Assembly (NCBI GenBank): GCA_024704765.1
Contig: JAKMXF010000110.1
Coordinates: 186,001 to 250,000, forward strand
DNA: 64,000 nucleotides
Origin: Oopsacas minuta
Lineage: Eukaryota; Animalia; Porifera
Direction: 5' to 3'
Position 1 is the first letter of the stretch. Every line of letters begins with the position of its first letter. The position numbers were made by a program, and so were the translations under genes. The notes under the pieces are model-generated. The model saw only the letters and a list, made by a program, of their open reading frames with translations, had not been told where the DNA came from and searched no databases. Shown piece after piece: positions 31,625-45,089 of the stretch.

Positions 31625-32283
31625 ACACTATGTATAGATGTAATGGATTAGCTAATAATCAAACTATCACAGTTTATATTGAATTAACTTTGAGGGTAAT
31701 GTAACGACAGATATGTACTTGCAAATAGTACTTATCGCTTATGGCCGATTGATCAAACTATCCAACCAAAGAATAGACCAATAAAATACTATAGAGGTTA
31801 ACCGAATATGGCCGAAGTGTTACGTTCGTAACGAAAAGGAACATGATAATTTACCACTTCGTTTTAACCAATTCCCACACCCAAATCGAGATTTTAACAC
31901 TTTTTGACGTCATAAAATCACATATTTTCCTGGAAGTATTCGGTAATAAAAGTATTTTCTAAGTCTGAGATATAAGTATAAGAAAATATTCTCAGTACAC
32001 CACGCACCACCACCTATACCCTGTACATTAGTCAGGGACCAAAATCTTGATTATAATTGCAAAATATAGATCCTATGGGAATGATTTTTTGGGACACTGA
32101 CTTGGGTCGTACTAAGAAAATATCATAATACACTAATATATGTAACCCTTACTCTACTCTTAAGTTGCATAGCAAACATATTTATTGGAACTACCAAAAG
32201 ATAAAAGAGAATAGTATAAATACTTTTCAAGCAAATCTAACTTATAATTCTCCTAAAACACACATCTCAATATACAAGTAGCC

Positions 32284-33931
32284 TTATGTCGATGAAGTAT
32301 CTGGTACCAATCCGATACAATTCAGGAACATATCCACTTTATCATCTAACCATTTTATATGTGGCATTTTCTGTATCCAATCATGTGGTAGATTATCATA
32401 CCCGATCTTACAACCGATTACAGCGCCACAGACTGCACCATTGGTATCAGCATCTCCTCCCTCTCTTACTAGCTCTGTCATGAATTTAATAAAATCTTTA
32501 GCTGTTTTAACTTTACTCTTTACCCCTACAAAACCTGTACCAGCACATTTAAGAGTATAGCCAATAGCTTTAGCTTCATCTAGGTTTAATTCTCGTAATG
32601 ATGTAGCAGACATGTGAGTAATGAATTCTTTCTTTTTGTCTCCATCTTCAATTAGCTTAGCTCCTTCCTGAATACTTTTATCTATTAGACTAGATAGCTC
32701 TTCTTTGGTACAGGATAATGGAGCTGTAAGCAGCTGTGCTATCAAGGTAGTAACTGAGACACAACTAGCCGAACATCTGTGGGAGATATTATAGAGTCAA
32801 TAACATACTTTATGATTCATAATAATTATACATACCTAGGGTCAGCATGTGTAGTTAGGCTAATCTGTAATGTATTGTGTATAACACTCTCTAAGTTATT
32901 AAATGATACAAGTCCCAATACAGATGTTCTCATAACAGCTCCATTAGCTGCTAGATACTTTCCTGACTCTTCCCACACTTCACGAGCTGCTGTATGTGGT
33001 TCAGTTAGGAAATGACTATGACTTATTGTACGGTGTACTGTCATACCAATACCCAGTCCTCCCTGGTCACCTAACTCAGGAAATCCATATCGTGCCCAGT
33101 TATGTAGCTTATGTGCGAAGTTAACAGGGATTACGTTACCTCCTGACTCTATTATACCCTCCATTATAAGTAGCATCTGGTCGGTATCATCTGTCCAGTC
33201 ACCTTTCGTCCAACGGTACCTTATAATAAGTATACAACCAATTATATATAGTTCATATGTAATAGAATAATTCCTCTAATACAGCCATTTCCCTAGTGAA
33301 GCCCCAATACAAATGTTAAAACATTCTGTTGACCCCCTCCCATAGACTGCAATACAAATTTTGAGATTCTTGGACCCCCCCCCCCCCGTGGACCCCAGGT
33401 TTGGAACAGTTGCTCTCATAGTAAGTTCGGGCATTAGCAAAGGAAATTCGTCACTTACCTATGGAAGTCTAATACAATATCAGAGAACGGAATGGGACCA
33501 GGTTTAGGATATTTCTTCTTCAGCTCATCCCGACTCAAGAACTCTGTAGCTAGTCCCATAGCATCTCCCAAGGCATTACCGTATATACATCCTTTTATTC
33601 TGTCTATTATAACCTCTCTGCTAAGTCCAGGAGCCCAGTCAGGTTTAAAAAGAACCTCTGGTAGAGAGGTAGGGGGTATGGGAGGGGAATCTGTTTTGAT
33701 CTTCTTGCTCACAAGTTCTTGATCTGGAGAGGGTTCAGTAGTGGAAGGTTCCGCTAACTTAATCTCCTCGGTGACAGGGCTAGGTACTGCATGAGCATCA
33801 AGTGCATCAACTAGGACATCTGGTAGCTGAGTACCTGTTTGTTTCTGTGTATCTGTTTCTGTATCTACCTTTACTTCCTCTGTATCTAGTTTAACTTCTT
33901 TCGGTTGTGGATCAGGATCTGTAGTAGCCAT
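32284..33931 (-). CDS. ADP-ribosylglycohydrolase (ARH/DraG family), 3 exons
   Basis: IKGCIYGNALGDAMG, GDWTDDTDQ (Mg-binding TDD), AANGAVMR, THADPRC, GGDADTNGAVCGAVIG. The first junction (33459/33219, phase 2) is in frame. Confidence 0.9.
33282..33412. mobile_element. hAT-like MITE family B copy in ARH intron 1
   Basis: Shares ctcccatagactgcaata and gtggacccc with the 28926 copy; degenerate cagccatttccc / ttggaacagttg termini. Confidence 0.6.
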
Positions 33932-34327
33932 TATACTGTATTTGGAATACTGTGTTGATTATAAGTTATTGCAATTATTATTATAAATTACATATTTAAC
34001 ACATTTATATTTAAGCCTGATACAATATAGAATTGCATTCGACTGAAAGTGAACTCTGGAAATTAGCAATAAATATATTTAGTGAATATTCTGGCTATAT
34101 TTCTGTCTCAATGCAATTATCAGTGGAAATCTGCTATAGAGGAATATATGTAGACAAGAAATGTTGGATTGTTCTGTTACTGTATGAGGACATCATTATT
34201 TGTTAAGTCGTGAACGTAAAGTATAATTGTGAGATAAAACAAGTAAATAACCAATAGAATGATAGATGAAAGCATAATACATGAATTAATGTAGTGTGTA
34301 TTGACAATATGATACGTATAATTATTG

Positions 34328-34846
34328 TTAACTGCTCTGTCCTAGCTGCTTATATAGCGGATCATATTCCTCTTTATGCTTCAGTAAGTAAGCAGCTAAG
34401 TACTCTATCGGATCAGCTGGTCTCTCTACACATAGCGATGACATAGCTACAAAGATATGTAACTAGCATAAATTATACAATCAAAATTCCCGTTACACAA
34501 AAAACGGAAAATATCAACATACCCGCTTATATCGAAGTCTGAAATTGTACAAATATGGTCCCAAACCGTCAAAGTAACATATATTCATGGGTTACATCGA
34601 AGAAATTATCGCGGTCCGTAGAGCTTCGATATAACGGGAATTGGTTGTAGAATTTTGTCATACAGAGCTCTAGAAATTAGAATAAATATAATTACCAGTT
34701 ATGAGGATAGGTACAACAGTGCTATCAAGATATCCTCTGTTAGGAAGAGATTGCAGCTCTACTTTACTGTGCTGACGATCTTTCAAATTATTTACTTCTG
34801 AGTCTACTTGTGATAAGTGTTTCTCTTCTAACCCAGAACTATCCAT
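34328..34846 (-). CDS. DPY30: DPY30 (COMPASS subunit), 2 exons
   Basis: KVELQSLPNRGYLDSTVVPILIT | A-MSSLCVERPADPIEYLAAYLLKHK; phase-1 intron. Confidence 0.9.
34478..34647. mobile_element. MITE family A copy in DPY30 intron
   Basis: TA|caatcaaaattcccgtta ... family core atatcgaagtctgaaattgtacaaatatggtcccaaaccgtcaaagtaac ... gatataacgggaattggttg|TA. Confidence 0.8.
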
Positions 34847-35052
34847 CTTGATTAAAGCTAGCTTTTTCAAAATTTCACCAAGTTTAAGTATAATTAGAGA
34901 CAAGCAGAATTTGTAATTCAGATTTGACAGTTGAAATCTCAATTTAGTCTATTCTATGGACTCTTTTATCGTATTTAAATATTTTCATTATTGCTATACT
35001 ACATGAGCATCTCGAAATTTGACAAATACAAATCAAATACCACTTTAGTTAT

Positions 35053-35139
35053 CAGCGGTTCACAACCTTTTTGCCGTGGGGGCCCTTGCTGTCGTCCGTG
35101 AACCACCAAGGCGACATGAACCCAGATTTGGAATCGTTG
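35053..35139. mobile_element. hAT-like MITE family B short copy
   Basis: cagcggttcacaacc ... ttggaatcgttg. Confidence 0.55.
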
Positions 35140-35433
35140 CTTTTGCGTTATACAAGAATTTTGACCAAAGTATAATCATGTATCCACCCCTCTCGTGTAC
35201 ATAACAACATGAGACTATATATAACCAATAAGCAAGTTAAATAACTCAATTATGGGATAGAGTAGAACACATATAATCTCAGTTATAACTAGTTGGTAGA
35301 CAGTTAAGGGAAACAGTGAGTAGCTATAATCTAGACGTAAACTATATAATATACACATACCATGGGTTCAATAGAAACCCTACAACATCTCTATGTTTAT
35401 ACAATTGATAAAACATTGCTAAATGTTGTAATA

Positions 35434-37371
35434 TTAAGTAGCAGCTGAGATACCAGTTTGTACACCAGTTATACCAGACTTGACACCTGATTTGACACCA
35501 TCTGCTACAGCTGAGCGGACTGCTTCATTAGTTGCTGCTTCGTGTATGCCTGTCTTTACAGCTGACCGGAGTGCTTCGTTAGAAGCAGCTGTTGTAAACA
35601 TTTCCTGTCTAGCAGCTGCAAGGCTAGCTCCAGATAGTCTATAGAAAATATATGTTAACAGCTGAGTTGGTAGAAAAACATATAGAGGATAACTTCCATA
35701 AACGGGAGGCCAAAACACGGAAAGTTTCCACAGGCCCAGTTTATGGGGGTTTCACTCTACTAACAACTAACCTGTAGTATCTATGGACTTTATAAACAAA
35801 GAAAGCAAGTACTCCGGCGAGTGCTAACCAAAATAGACCAAATATCAGATATACTCCTCCTAAGATAGGAAGGAATACATTGGATGTAGCCCCTCCTGAA
35901 CTGAACAGGAAAACAGCTAGATAGAGAGAAGAGGATAATATTAAGCAATAATAAGCAATAATATTGATGAAGTGTTTAATAAGATTTAAGGATCTCTATA
36001 GTGAAAAAAACTCAGGGGATATAGTAAACTCCCGTTAAATCGAAGGGATTATCGCAGTCCCTTAAGGTTCGATATAACGAGAATTGATTGTATATCCTGT
36101 CGTTATAACTTCGATTAATCGGGCCAAAATGGCGTGGACCTGAAGTGCCGATATTAACCGGATTCTACTGTAATTTCTTCCACAAGATATAAAATTAATT
36201 AATAAACTTACATAGAATAAATCCACATCCTCCTGGTATCCCAAAAGCGTGACAGATATATATTCCAAACTGAAATACACATACAAAGAAGAAACACATA
36301 AAATTCATTGAGCTATCATTCCTAAAAGCTCTGTAGAGAGGAAGATACAAACAGAAGAGAGAAGCAGGAAGGAAAAGAACCAACAGGCCTAGAGCAAGAC
36401 CAAAGTTAGCGAAGAATGTCCCTGAATTGTCACTATTCCCAACAGCTATTATAGCCACCATTCCAATAAATGATAGTAGGAAATTAATAATATATAATAC
36501 ACAATGTACTATCCACCATATCAATACACCTCTGACTAGACGCTGTTGTTCTGGAGGTATGTCTACTGAGATGTCGTGATAGAAGCATGGTTTTACTGGA
36601 CAGAACTTTGGTAGAGGAGGGAAGTTATTGGGGCGGATTGGAACATCCTAGAATGGAAAATACAAATAAATGTAGTCAAACCTGTCAATAACGGCCACTG
36701 AAGGGACTGTCAAAAGTGGCCATTATGTACAGGTGGCCGTTATATAGAGGTCGTTTTCTATTGACTTAATTTAGCTGACCGTTAAGCAAGTTCCACTGTA
36801 TTCTGAAAATATTGGAAATTGGTAAATTGTATTTACATAGCTCGTGAATATATACAGTTACAGCTAACTCCCGTCATATCGAATGCTGATATTTTGAAAT
36901 AATATGTAGGTATATTGTATAATAATTCCTGAACAATGGTCTACTTACTTGTCCTATATTTTCCTCTCTCTCCCGTATAGCTTGCTCCCTCTTAGCTAAC
37001 TCATCCTCTCTCTGTTTCAGCTCTCTCATGGCTGCAGTATTCGTATCTGAGTATGTAGGAGGCCGAGCATCACTAGTCTCTTCTCCAGGTTGTATTATAT
37101 ATTTCTTTGTCCTAAACCCGAACCAGGAGATCCCTTCTGCACCACGAGGAGGTTTGTCTACAGGTTTAGAATGAGGCTGTTGCGCATCATCAAACGGATT
37201 GTAATCGTCTAGATCTTTCTTAGGTGCCGAGGGAACCACGGGGGCAGATGGCCTGGGAGGAGGAGGAGCAATGAGAGGAGTAGAGGGACTCTCTGCTCTA
37301 ATAGCTTTACCTTTCTTCTCGTCAAATCGCTCTGTGTGTACTGGATCTGCGAATGGGTTAGAATCTGACAT
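35434..37371 (-). CDS. SCAMP: Secretory carrier membrane protein, multi-exon
   Basis: N-terminal NPFADP and YNPF motifs; ELKQREDELAKREQAI coiled coil; PNNFPPLPKFCPVKPCFYHDISVDIP; CLYLPLYRAFRNDSSMNF E-peptide; four TM segments. Confidence 0.92.
36022..36090. mobile_element. Internally deleted MITE family A copy in SCAMP intron
   Basis: TA|tagtaaactcccgttaaatcgaa ... ttcgatataacgagaattgattg|TA. Confidence 0.7.
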
Positions 37372-38382
37372 CGTAAATTGCTATGTAACTATAAGATAAT
37401 TCAGAAATTTGATATTTTTCCCATACATATGACTAATTGACCATGAAAACACAAACGGATGCAAGCCCCGATACAAATTAGCGTTAAAGGAGTTATGTTT
37501 CATATTTCAATTCATTATTTCCAAATTATTTCAATATAAATATCATTGAAACTCGAATCTTGATCAGATCCTTCAAATCAAAACTATTAATATAACTGAG
37601 ATTTTGCATGACGTACAGTTAAACACGTGAGTTAATATGCTGATTATCCTTAGAGCATAATTCTACACAGCTATATTACTTATTACAGCGTCATAAAATA
37701 TATGTGTTACACGCGAGTATTGTTAAAATAAATCAGAATTACATAGAATAACGTTAAGATAATATTTTCATGAGAATGAACATACTGATATGATACAATA
37801 AATATATTCTATTCCAAGATTCCTATTAATATATGTAAATCCAATAAATCGTACAAATGAATAGGGTATGCCATAGCCTACTGTTTTACAAGTATTGGAG
37901 TTATGTGTATGTATCTCAATAATTAAGGGAAATTAATCCCATAAACGTATCAATCCTCTCAACCCATTTTGAAGCTGTTTGGCTCTGATTACAAACTGGA
38001 ATTTATCCAAATAGGACCTATTCAAGATCCAATCAGTGGTCTTTTAGGAGAATTTTTCAGGGGGGGGGCAAATGCCTCCCCTAAAATCATCTAGAAAAAA
38101 CCCTGCCAATGTCAACTCAACACGTCTATCTTAGGGGAAATATGAATCAATCTCTTAGTCTATTCACATTGAAGAGTGTAATGCAGTGAATCAATAGTAT
38201 AATTGGATACTTTGGCTCGCATTACACTCGTAAATGAAAATATTCCTACTCAAAATAGAGCAACTTTGGTTAGATATAAACGGTTCATATTAAATGAGAT
38301 TCGACAGTTACACTACTTTAGAATATTCACAAATAATACATGGTATAATCCTTATAATAAAATATACACAAAAGTATAAAAG

Positions 38383-39180
38383 TCATTTTAACCATCCCCC
38401 TCTCTTTAAAACATAGAAAACTATAAACGGCCATACAACTAATACAGAATAAAGTAATGTTTGTAGAGAGAATATTGATACTATATTATTAGCAGCAGTT
38501 ATACTATCTTTAAGATTATTAAGACTGTTAACAATCGCAGTCATTTCTCTCTCTATGCGAGACAGCACTGAAATTAACTGAGTCAAATCGTGTACATTTT
38601 GTATGGTGGGTGGTATTGCAGGATTATTTCTTGTATCGGATAAGCTACTAGCATCTGAATTATGGTTATCAGAACTTGGTAGAGAATCGGATTGTACTTG
38701 TGAGATAGACGGTGCATGTATATGATGGAAAGTATCCTCATTTTGATTCTGATCAACTAGATTTGCGTCCCAGAAAACTTCCTTACCATCTCCTTCGTCC
38801 AATTTGCCCATGTCACTCCCCTCAATACTCGGCCCCTTTAGTTTAACTAGCATTTCATTTACTTCTTCCGTTCTATCTGGAATCTCTTCAATCATTCTAC
38901 ACAGCTCAGTGAGGTATAACTGCATAGCTCTATCTCTAGGCATTACGTTAGCACGTGTCCATGCCTCCCATTTAGCTCTAGCTACCATGTTAAAATAACT
39001 AGGAGCTGTAGTCTTATTCTCTCCTATAGTTATACGTTTATACAACCCATAGAATACAAGCTTCCTCTCGTTAGAAGGCTGTATGTGTCCGTCCTTTGGT
39101 AGAGAACGTATCCATCTAGCTGCTATGTTGAATCTGTCTTCTATGTCTCGTGGGACACTCAAGAGACTGTACTCAGCCAT
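38383..39180 (-). CDS. Acyl-CoA-binding domain protein with coiled coil and C-terminal TM anchor (ACBD4/5-like), intronless
   Basis: FNIAARWIRSLP..ERKLVFYGLYKRITIG..ARAKWEAW..AMQLY ACBP domain; tail-anchor LLYSVLVVWPFIVFYVL. Confidence 0.85.
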   Translation of the reverse strand: MAEYSLLSVPRDIEDRFNIAARWIRSLPKDGHIQPSNERKLVFYGLYKRITIGENKTTAPSYFNMVARAKWEAWTRANVMPRDRAMQLYLTELCRMIEEIPDRTEEVNEMLVKLKGPSIEGSDMGKLDEGDGKEVFWDANLVDQNQNEDTFHHIHAPSISQVQSDSLPSSDNHNSDASSLSDTRNNPAIPPTIQNVHDLTQLISVLSRIEREMTAIVNSLNNLKDSITAANNIVSIFSLQTLLYSVLVVWPFIVFYVLKRGGWLK

Positions 39181-39206
39181 GTACTGAGTATACCTAGCAA
39201 TTAACC

Positions 39207-39210
<4 letters not shown>

Positions 39211-39240
<30 letters not shown>
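39211..39240. repeat. (AAT)10 microsatellite between RPS14 3' end and ACBD start
   Basis: aataataata ataataataa taataataat. Confidence 0.95.
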
Positions 39241-39243
<3 letters not shown>

Positions 39244-39348
39244 GGCACTATTAACTACTTAATAAACTAGTAATTTAATCTTCTACGTCACAGTATAAAC
39301 TCAATTGAACATACAATTTATCTAGACAGTCACTAGCTAATAATAGAC

Positions 39349-39804
39349 CTACAGTCTCCTTCCTCTCCTACCTCCCTTCCTTCTGGTACTATCAGAAGGT
39401 ATAGGAGTAACATCTTCTATCCTACCGATCTTCATCCCGTTCCTAGCCAGAGCCCTGAGGGCTGATTGAGCCCCTGGTCCTGGTGTTTTGGTCCTATTGC
39501 CCCCAGTAGCACGTAGCTTGATGTGTAGAGCAGTAACTCCTACTACTTTACATCTCTCTGCTACATCTTGAGCAGCTAACATAGCAGCGTAAGGAGAAGC
39601 TTCATCTCTGTCAGTCTTAACCTTCATACCGCCTGTTATTCGAGATATAGTCTCACGCCCTGATAGATCTGTTACATGGACAAATGTGTCATTGAATGAA
39701 GCAAATATGTGACATACTCCAAACACCTCTTTGCCATCTCCTCCTATTACTGCGAGCTGTGCTACCTCTTCTTGTTTCTGAGATCTGCCGGCACGTCTTG
39801 CCAT
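39349..39804 (-). CDS. RPS14: 40S ribosomal protein S14 (uS11), intronless CDS
   Basis: [23 protein letters not shown]...[25 protein letters not shown]; ATG at 39804. Confidence 0.98.
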   Translation of the reverse strand: MARRAGRSQKQEEVAQLAVIGGDGKEVFGVCHIFASFNDTFVHVTDLSGRETISRITGGMKVKTDRDEASPYAAMLAAQDVAERCKVVGVTALHIKLRATGGNRTKTPGPGAQSALRALARNGMKIGRIEDVTPIPSDSTRRKGGRRGRRL

Positions 39805-40279
39805 CAAACCGGATATCAAATATACTAGTGGTAACAAATATATGAACAGTAAACTATATATATGTAAAATACAAAGTCATATTATAGTATGGAGTGAGTA
39901 GCTGGAAACTTGTTTCAGACCCTCATTCTAAATTAAATTTGCTGGCAGACGAATATTGTCATTTTATTATTTAAAAATCTATGTGTACGCATGTAATAGG
40001 ACAACACCACATCACCAAATTGTTCTGGTTAATTACAGTGGAGTTAGCGTTAGTAGCAAATCGTATTACATAATTTCCTAGCGTGTACACTAATTTACTA
40101 TTATGCGAGCTATTTACCATACAAAATGCAATCTATTTCTATAAATAGGCGGATTTTGCTAGTGGAAGTAACAGAATAATAGATTTAATTAGCTTGAGAT
40201 AAATACAGAGTATGTAAGTCAATACAATAAAGTCCTAACATAGATTACATAAGTGACCGAGCAGCCATTATACTATCAA

Positions 40280-42944
40280 TCAATCTCTAGACTGAGTACT
40301 ACCTCTCTTACGATCATGTGTAGACTTAGTAACTCGAGAACTAGCTGAGCTACGCTGTACACTACGTCCTGTATCTGTGTCTCGACGTGTAATAAACCTG
40401 TTCATACGGTCACGTAATTCATCTTGTGTCATAGGCTTAGAATCAAGCATTTCCAGCTCTGATCCTTCTACCGAATCATCACCCACCGCGGGAGGGATTA
40501 TTTCCGCAGTGATGTCAAATGTTGTAGTAAGATCTACTTTAGGTAGAAGTAACGACACAGCAGCTGTGGGATCTTCTGAATCCTTAGCTGCTATATATGA
40601 TTTTAATTCCAATAATTCGTCTGTTCTCTGTTCTATCTGTCCTAGATGTTGTATTATATTATTCTCAGTTACACCCTGTTGTCCTCCTAGCATATCGCTA
40701 ATTACAGCTGTGTTACAGCCTATCTTAGTGAATAGACCTCCTATTCCTTTCATTAGCTGACCGAGGAGTTTGTTGGCGCCAAGCAATCTCTTCTCGTGAT
40801 CAGCCGATTCTGTTTCTACTTGTGATAACTCTTGTTGCATGTCATTGAGTATGTTACCACGTGTAGATTCTAGAGTAGCTCCGTCTAGCTCGAACTTTCT
40901 CATATCCTCTCTTATCTGAGATATCTCCTCTTGTACTTGGTCTATGTCAGAGTTTAGCTCACTCACGTAGTTGAATAGAGCGAAATTCTGATCTTCAACC
41001 TCAACGAATCTAAAAATTATCATCATGTAAATGATGTTACAGCTACACATGATGTCCATCTGAGCATGCGATATTCCATTATCATTATCTTATTATTTCA
41101 TGAGGTTATCATAATACAAAGTGGCCAATTCATGGAATTTGAAATCCACTGATAGATGATTATTACTGCTATCCAGAGCTCTTATTCGTTTAAAAAGGTA
41201 AGTTCCCATATTACTTAGAGAAAACTAACTTTTTGACTATCTCATTGATATCATACAGATCAGTGATCTCTCTAATCCTACTGAATGCTTCCTCATAAGA
41301 TATCAATATATCATCCTTCTCTTTCAACTCAGCTTCCTCCTTCCTTTGAGTTAGTAGCACTTCAAAGTCTCCTGTCCTCTCCTCCTCTTTAACCTTCATA
41401 AAGTCCTGTAGTCTCTGTTCATGATCAATTCTCCTCTGATACTCTTTGATCTGTTGTGTGTAGTGAGTTAGATCCTTCTTAGCTTTCTCCTTCAGTGCCA
41501 TCATCTTGTTACGAGATTCTTCTCTCACTTCATAAGCGTTTGTAGCTAGATTCACTACCTATGTAATAAGAAGTATCCAATATAGAAACATTGTATGAAT
41601 ACAATTGTTATGACGACAATGGTCCACAGTGTGTTTATTAGTTATTCAATCATGGATGGTGGATTTCGTTCATTTGGTTGGATGTTGTTCCATGTCATTC
41701 TGAGGCACTCCTCGCGTTTTTGGAGGAAGACTTCTATATAACAGAAAATTCTCCATCCATGGTTAAATAGCTAATAAGCATATAGGGGACCATTTTCGCC
41801 AAAACACTATAACTGAGTATCAAACAAACCTCTCTCGTATGATCCCTGGTATCAAGTAACAGAGTTTGAGTCTTCTTGTGTATCTCATAGAAAGTCTTCC
41901 TCTCATGTTGCAGGTGAGTAATCACATCTCTAAGACGCGAATTGGTTGCTAGGGTACTGTTGAACTTAGTAGAACTATTCTCTAATCTCTTCTGAGCACA
42001 CATAATTTGTCTATTCAGATTGGATCTTTTAGCATCTGCCATAAGTAATCCTCCTAAACTGATCTTTTCCTTGTCTAGTGATTTCTGTATGTCTATTATG
42101 TCTCTGTCTAGATCCTTCACATTCTTATCTGCAAGTCCCACCTGTTAATATATACAAATTAATGGTTACGGAAGCGGATTATAATGGTGGTTGGACAGAA
42201 TTTCACCCCAAATAGACGAAATATATTCTTTCAAAGTGGTGTATCCAATCGATCGAGTAATTTGCAAATAAACGGACGACCTGATAGGAAAGTCTTCTAT
42301 ATTGCTGCGGGAACACTGCTATGACCCTACCATAATATTGTGGTTCCACTTGCTAAGTACATAAACACATTGATATACTAAATCTACGTACAAGGATTCA
42401 TCGCTTGCTGTAAATATTATAATAGCTTGGAACAAGCTAATTCTCAGCAAAATGTTGATGGACTAAACACTTAGACTAGTGAATTCAACTTGATTCATTT
42501 CGTACATATATGGGAGTAGCAGTACATGTTCTTACAACCCGAATCTATCATATCTAATAGAAATGTGCATGAATAATGATAATATGTGAAAATAATAAGG
42601 TAATCTATAGCGGATACCTGTTCTTTCCAATCATTCTGTCTCTCTAACAATTCAGTCATATCCATAACCATCTTATCTTTCTGGGCTACTTGCAGAGATA
42701 ATGCTCTCTTTAGCTCGTTAGTCTCTCTCTCTACTGCTTCTATTAGTCTCTTCTGAGTGAGTAGTGTGTTCTCTTGTCTCTCACAGTACTGTTTGTCTGA
42801 AGAACTCAGAATACGCATTTTTCTACGTAGAGCTACTAGTTCCTGCCAGCTGTCATCATCCTCTGTTACTCCATCAGGGGGACCACTGGATATACCCATT
42901 TGTTTACGAGATACAGGCATAACTAAGTAAATAGATTGCAGCAT
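40280..42944 (-). CDS. ODAD1: Outer dynein arm docking complex subunit (ODAD1/CCDC114-CCDC63 family), 4 exons
   Basis: LENSSTKFNSTLATNSRLRDVITHLQHERKTF, ATNAYEVREE, YEEAFSRIREIT, FVEVEDQNFALFNYVSELN family motifs across ORFs 42495-42944, 41734-42141, 41211-41555 and 40280-41059. Confidence 0.88.
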
Positions 42945-44715
42945 GATAGGATAGATTGAAAACCATGAGTCGAAGTTTATGGAAAAATTTTGTTATGCAA
43001 ATTTCACCAAAAAATCCTTCTAGAGGGTGTTGATAAATTTTTATTCACAAGACTTGCCTCTGGCGCTTATTCAGGGAAATACGGTAATTTGATAATTCAT
43101 ACGACGATCGGCAATCCTGCACGCTACCTAACAACACCAACAAAGATGCCAACTCTATGTAACAACTCAGTTGGTCTAAAATGTCAGCGCTAAATTTGAT
43201 TCGGTTAGTAGGTCAGTACTAAATTGTCTCTACAATCTGACATACTTACATAATTAGAGAACTGACTACGTGTATTGTGGCTACATAGTGTCATTTGCAC
43301 TCCATCTTGCATGTAATGATTGCTTAGAAATCACTTCGCCAGATTAGACTCAACATCTGAGTGGGTGGATTAAAATGAATAAGTTCATTGAAAGTGATAC
43401 TTATAATTTGATAAATGCAAATTTCTATCTAACCTCCCCGTCGTGTAAATTGTGCAAACGAAATACTAAATTTGTTGCTGTATACTTGTACGTACAGTGA
43501 CTTCCGCGTGATTCATACACCCCAATCTAGTATTAAAATAGGTCGATAATTAACATAATCCACAAGAATAATTCAAATATTGAAAATATCATTACGGGTG
43601 CTAATACTGGTCAAACCAGCATTTGGCTGGTCACTTGGTGTGAATGATGATTTGTAAATTTGTATCGGTAGCCTTTTTATATTGGAATAAACATTGTAGA
43701 CTGTCGATTTTGTGTAGAGTGGAAACAATTCCCGAATTTGTTAATTGGATCTTTATTTTGTATTTGATCTAAGGGAGTTATAGATAAGATAGCAACTTTT
43801 ATTGTTTCTACCTCAACGGTAGCTTTTAGCAATAAGATTTGCAAGCTTAGAGACTCCTTAATTAATTTCAAATATTAAATTTGATAATAACCTATTAAGC
43901 TGCTACTATACTCTCTGATCAATCTGTATCAGGTACTTAATCCTTCTAATGAGATACAATGATATCCCTACAAACCAACTCAATAATTATTATCATTCCA
44001 CAATTAAATCAATCAATGAGTTAATTAATTAAGGGAAAGTGTGGAAAGTGAAACAACTATTTTAAGAGGAAATTATTATAAATATACTTATTATTATTTG
44101 GATTTAGAGGGTACAATAAAGCCCATTATACACACCCTACAACAAGACAACATACACAACACGGACAACAATGGTGCATGAAAAAATAATAAAATTTCGA
44201 GTTGTAGATATGGTTTCGACAGATTATCTTTGAAATAGTGCTATTCTGTGCCCCCTAGTAGCAACTGTATGGAATTTTACATAAAACTGGCAAACGTAAA
44301 ACTTGTTACAAGATACTACATAGGGCTTACATTAGTTTCAAAGTTTTCTATTAAAATCAATATTCACATAAATTACAACATATCCCAAAACACTTTTCTA
44401 AAACTCCGTTTAAAGCACACAGGTACAGGTCCCATCGGCTTGACTGAATACACGATGCAGACCATAGAATAGAGGACAATACAATTTAACCTCAATTAAA
44501 CTAATAGTATTAGTTAAGACTAAATTAATAGAATAACATTTTTGGTCTTGATTCCATTACTGATTAGTTAATAGGCAGTAGTACAATCAATTTACAAATA
44601 TATATGCAAAGTTTAGGCAATATAAAGAGGGTTATTTGGATAATAAGACACTCTACAGACTACAACTCTACTTACAACTACTTTTGTGATTTATTTCAAA
44701 GAATATTATCTGAAA

Positions 44716-45089
44716 ATGCCGCGTGAATGGAGCAGTGGATTTTGTGATTGTTGTGCAGCTGGATGCATTTCTTGTAAGCTGATAATATTTATTTGTATAT
44801 TTGATTTATAACCGGTGGCGTATTTATACTTTTCTCTCTCTTAGGTATCCTAGCATTTTGGTGCTACCCCCTGGCCGTTGGACTGAACGCCCACAAGATG
44901 AATGAAAGCTTCCTAATGTGCTGCTGTCCGGTCGAAGGCCATCTACTGGTTCGAAGCAAGATACGATCAGAACAAGGAATAGAGGGAAGTTTGTTGAAAG
45001 ATTGCTTATTGATTTCATTCTGCCATCCTTGTGCTACTATACAAGAAGCTAACGAGATCGACAAGGTCTATGGCAGTCAACCGAAATAA
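44716..45089 (+). CDS. PLAC8/cornifelin-family Cys-rich protein, copy 1 (2 exons)
   Basis: MPREWSSGFCDCCAAGCIS|C-ILAFWCYP...RSKIRSEQGIEGSLLKDC...FCHPCATIQEANE. Confidence 0.88.

Noticed and set aside
31850-32130. TTAA-CC start suggesting a piggyBac-like end, and similar repeat-like fragments at 1745-1920 and 52020-52290
   Set aside because: No matching opposite terminus or second copy could be found.
43267-43500. Stop-interrupted frame YVYCGYIVSFALHLACNDCLE, vaguely like the C-terminus of P-element/THAP9-type transposases
   Set aside because: The match rests on a very short motif, with no catalytic region or TIRs; needs an HMM search.
44843-44852. GTATCCT resembling a U12 5' splice site in PLAC8 copies
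   Set aside because: It lies just after a normal AG acceptor as the start of exon 2, and lacks the full GTATCCTT consensus.
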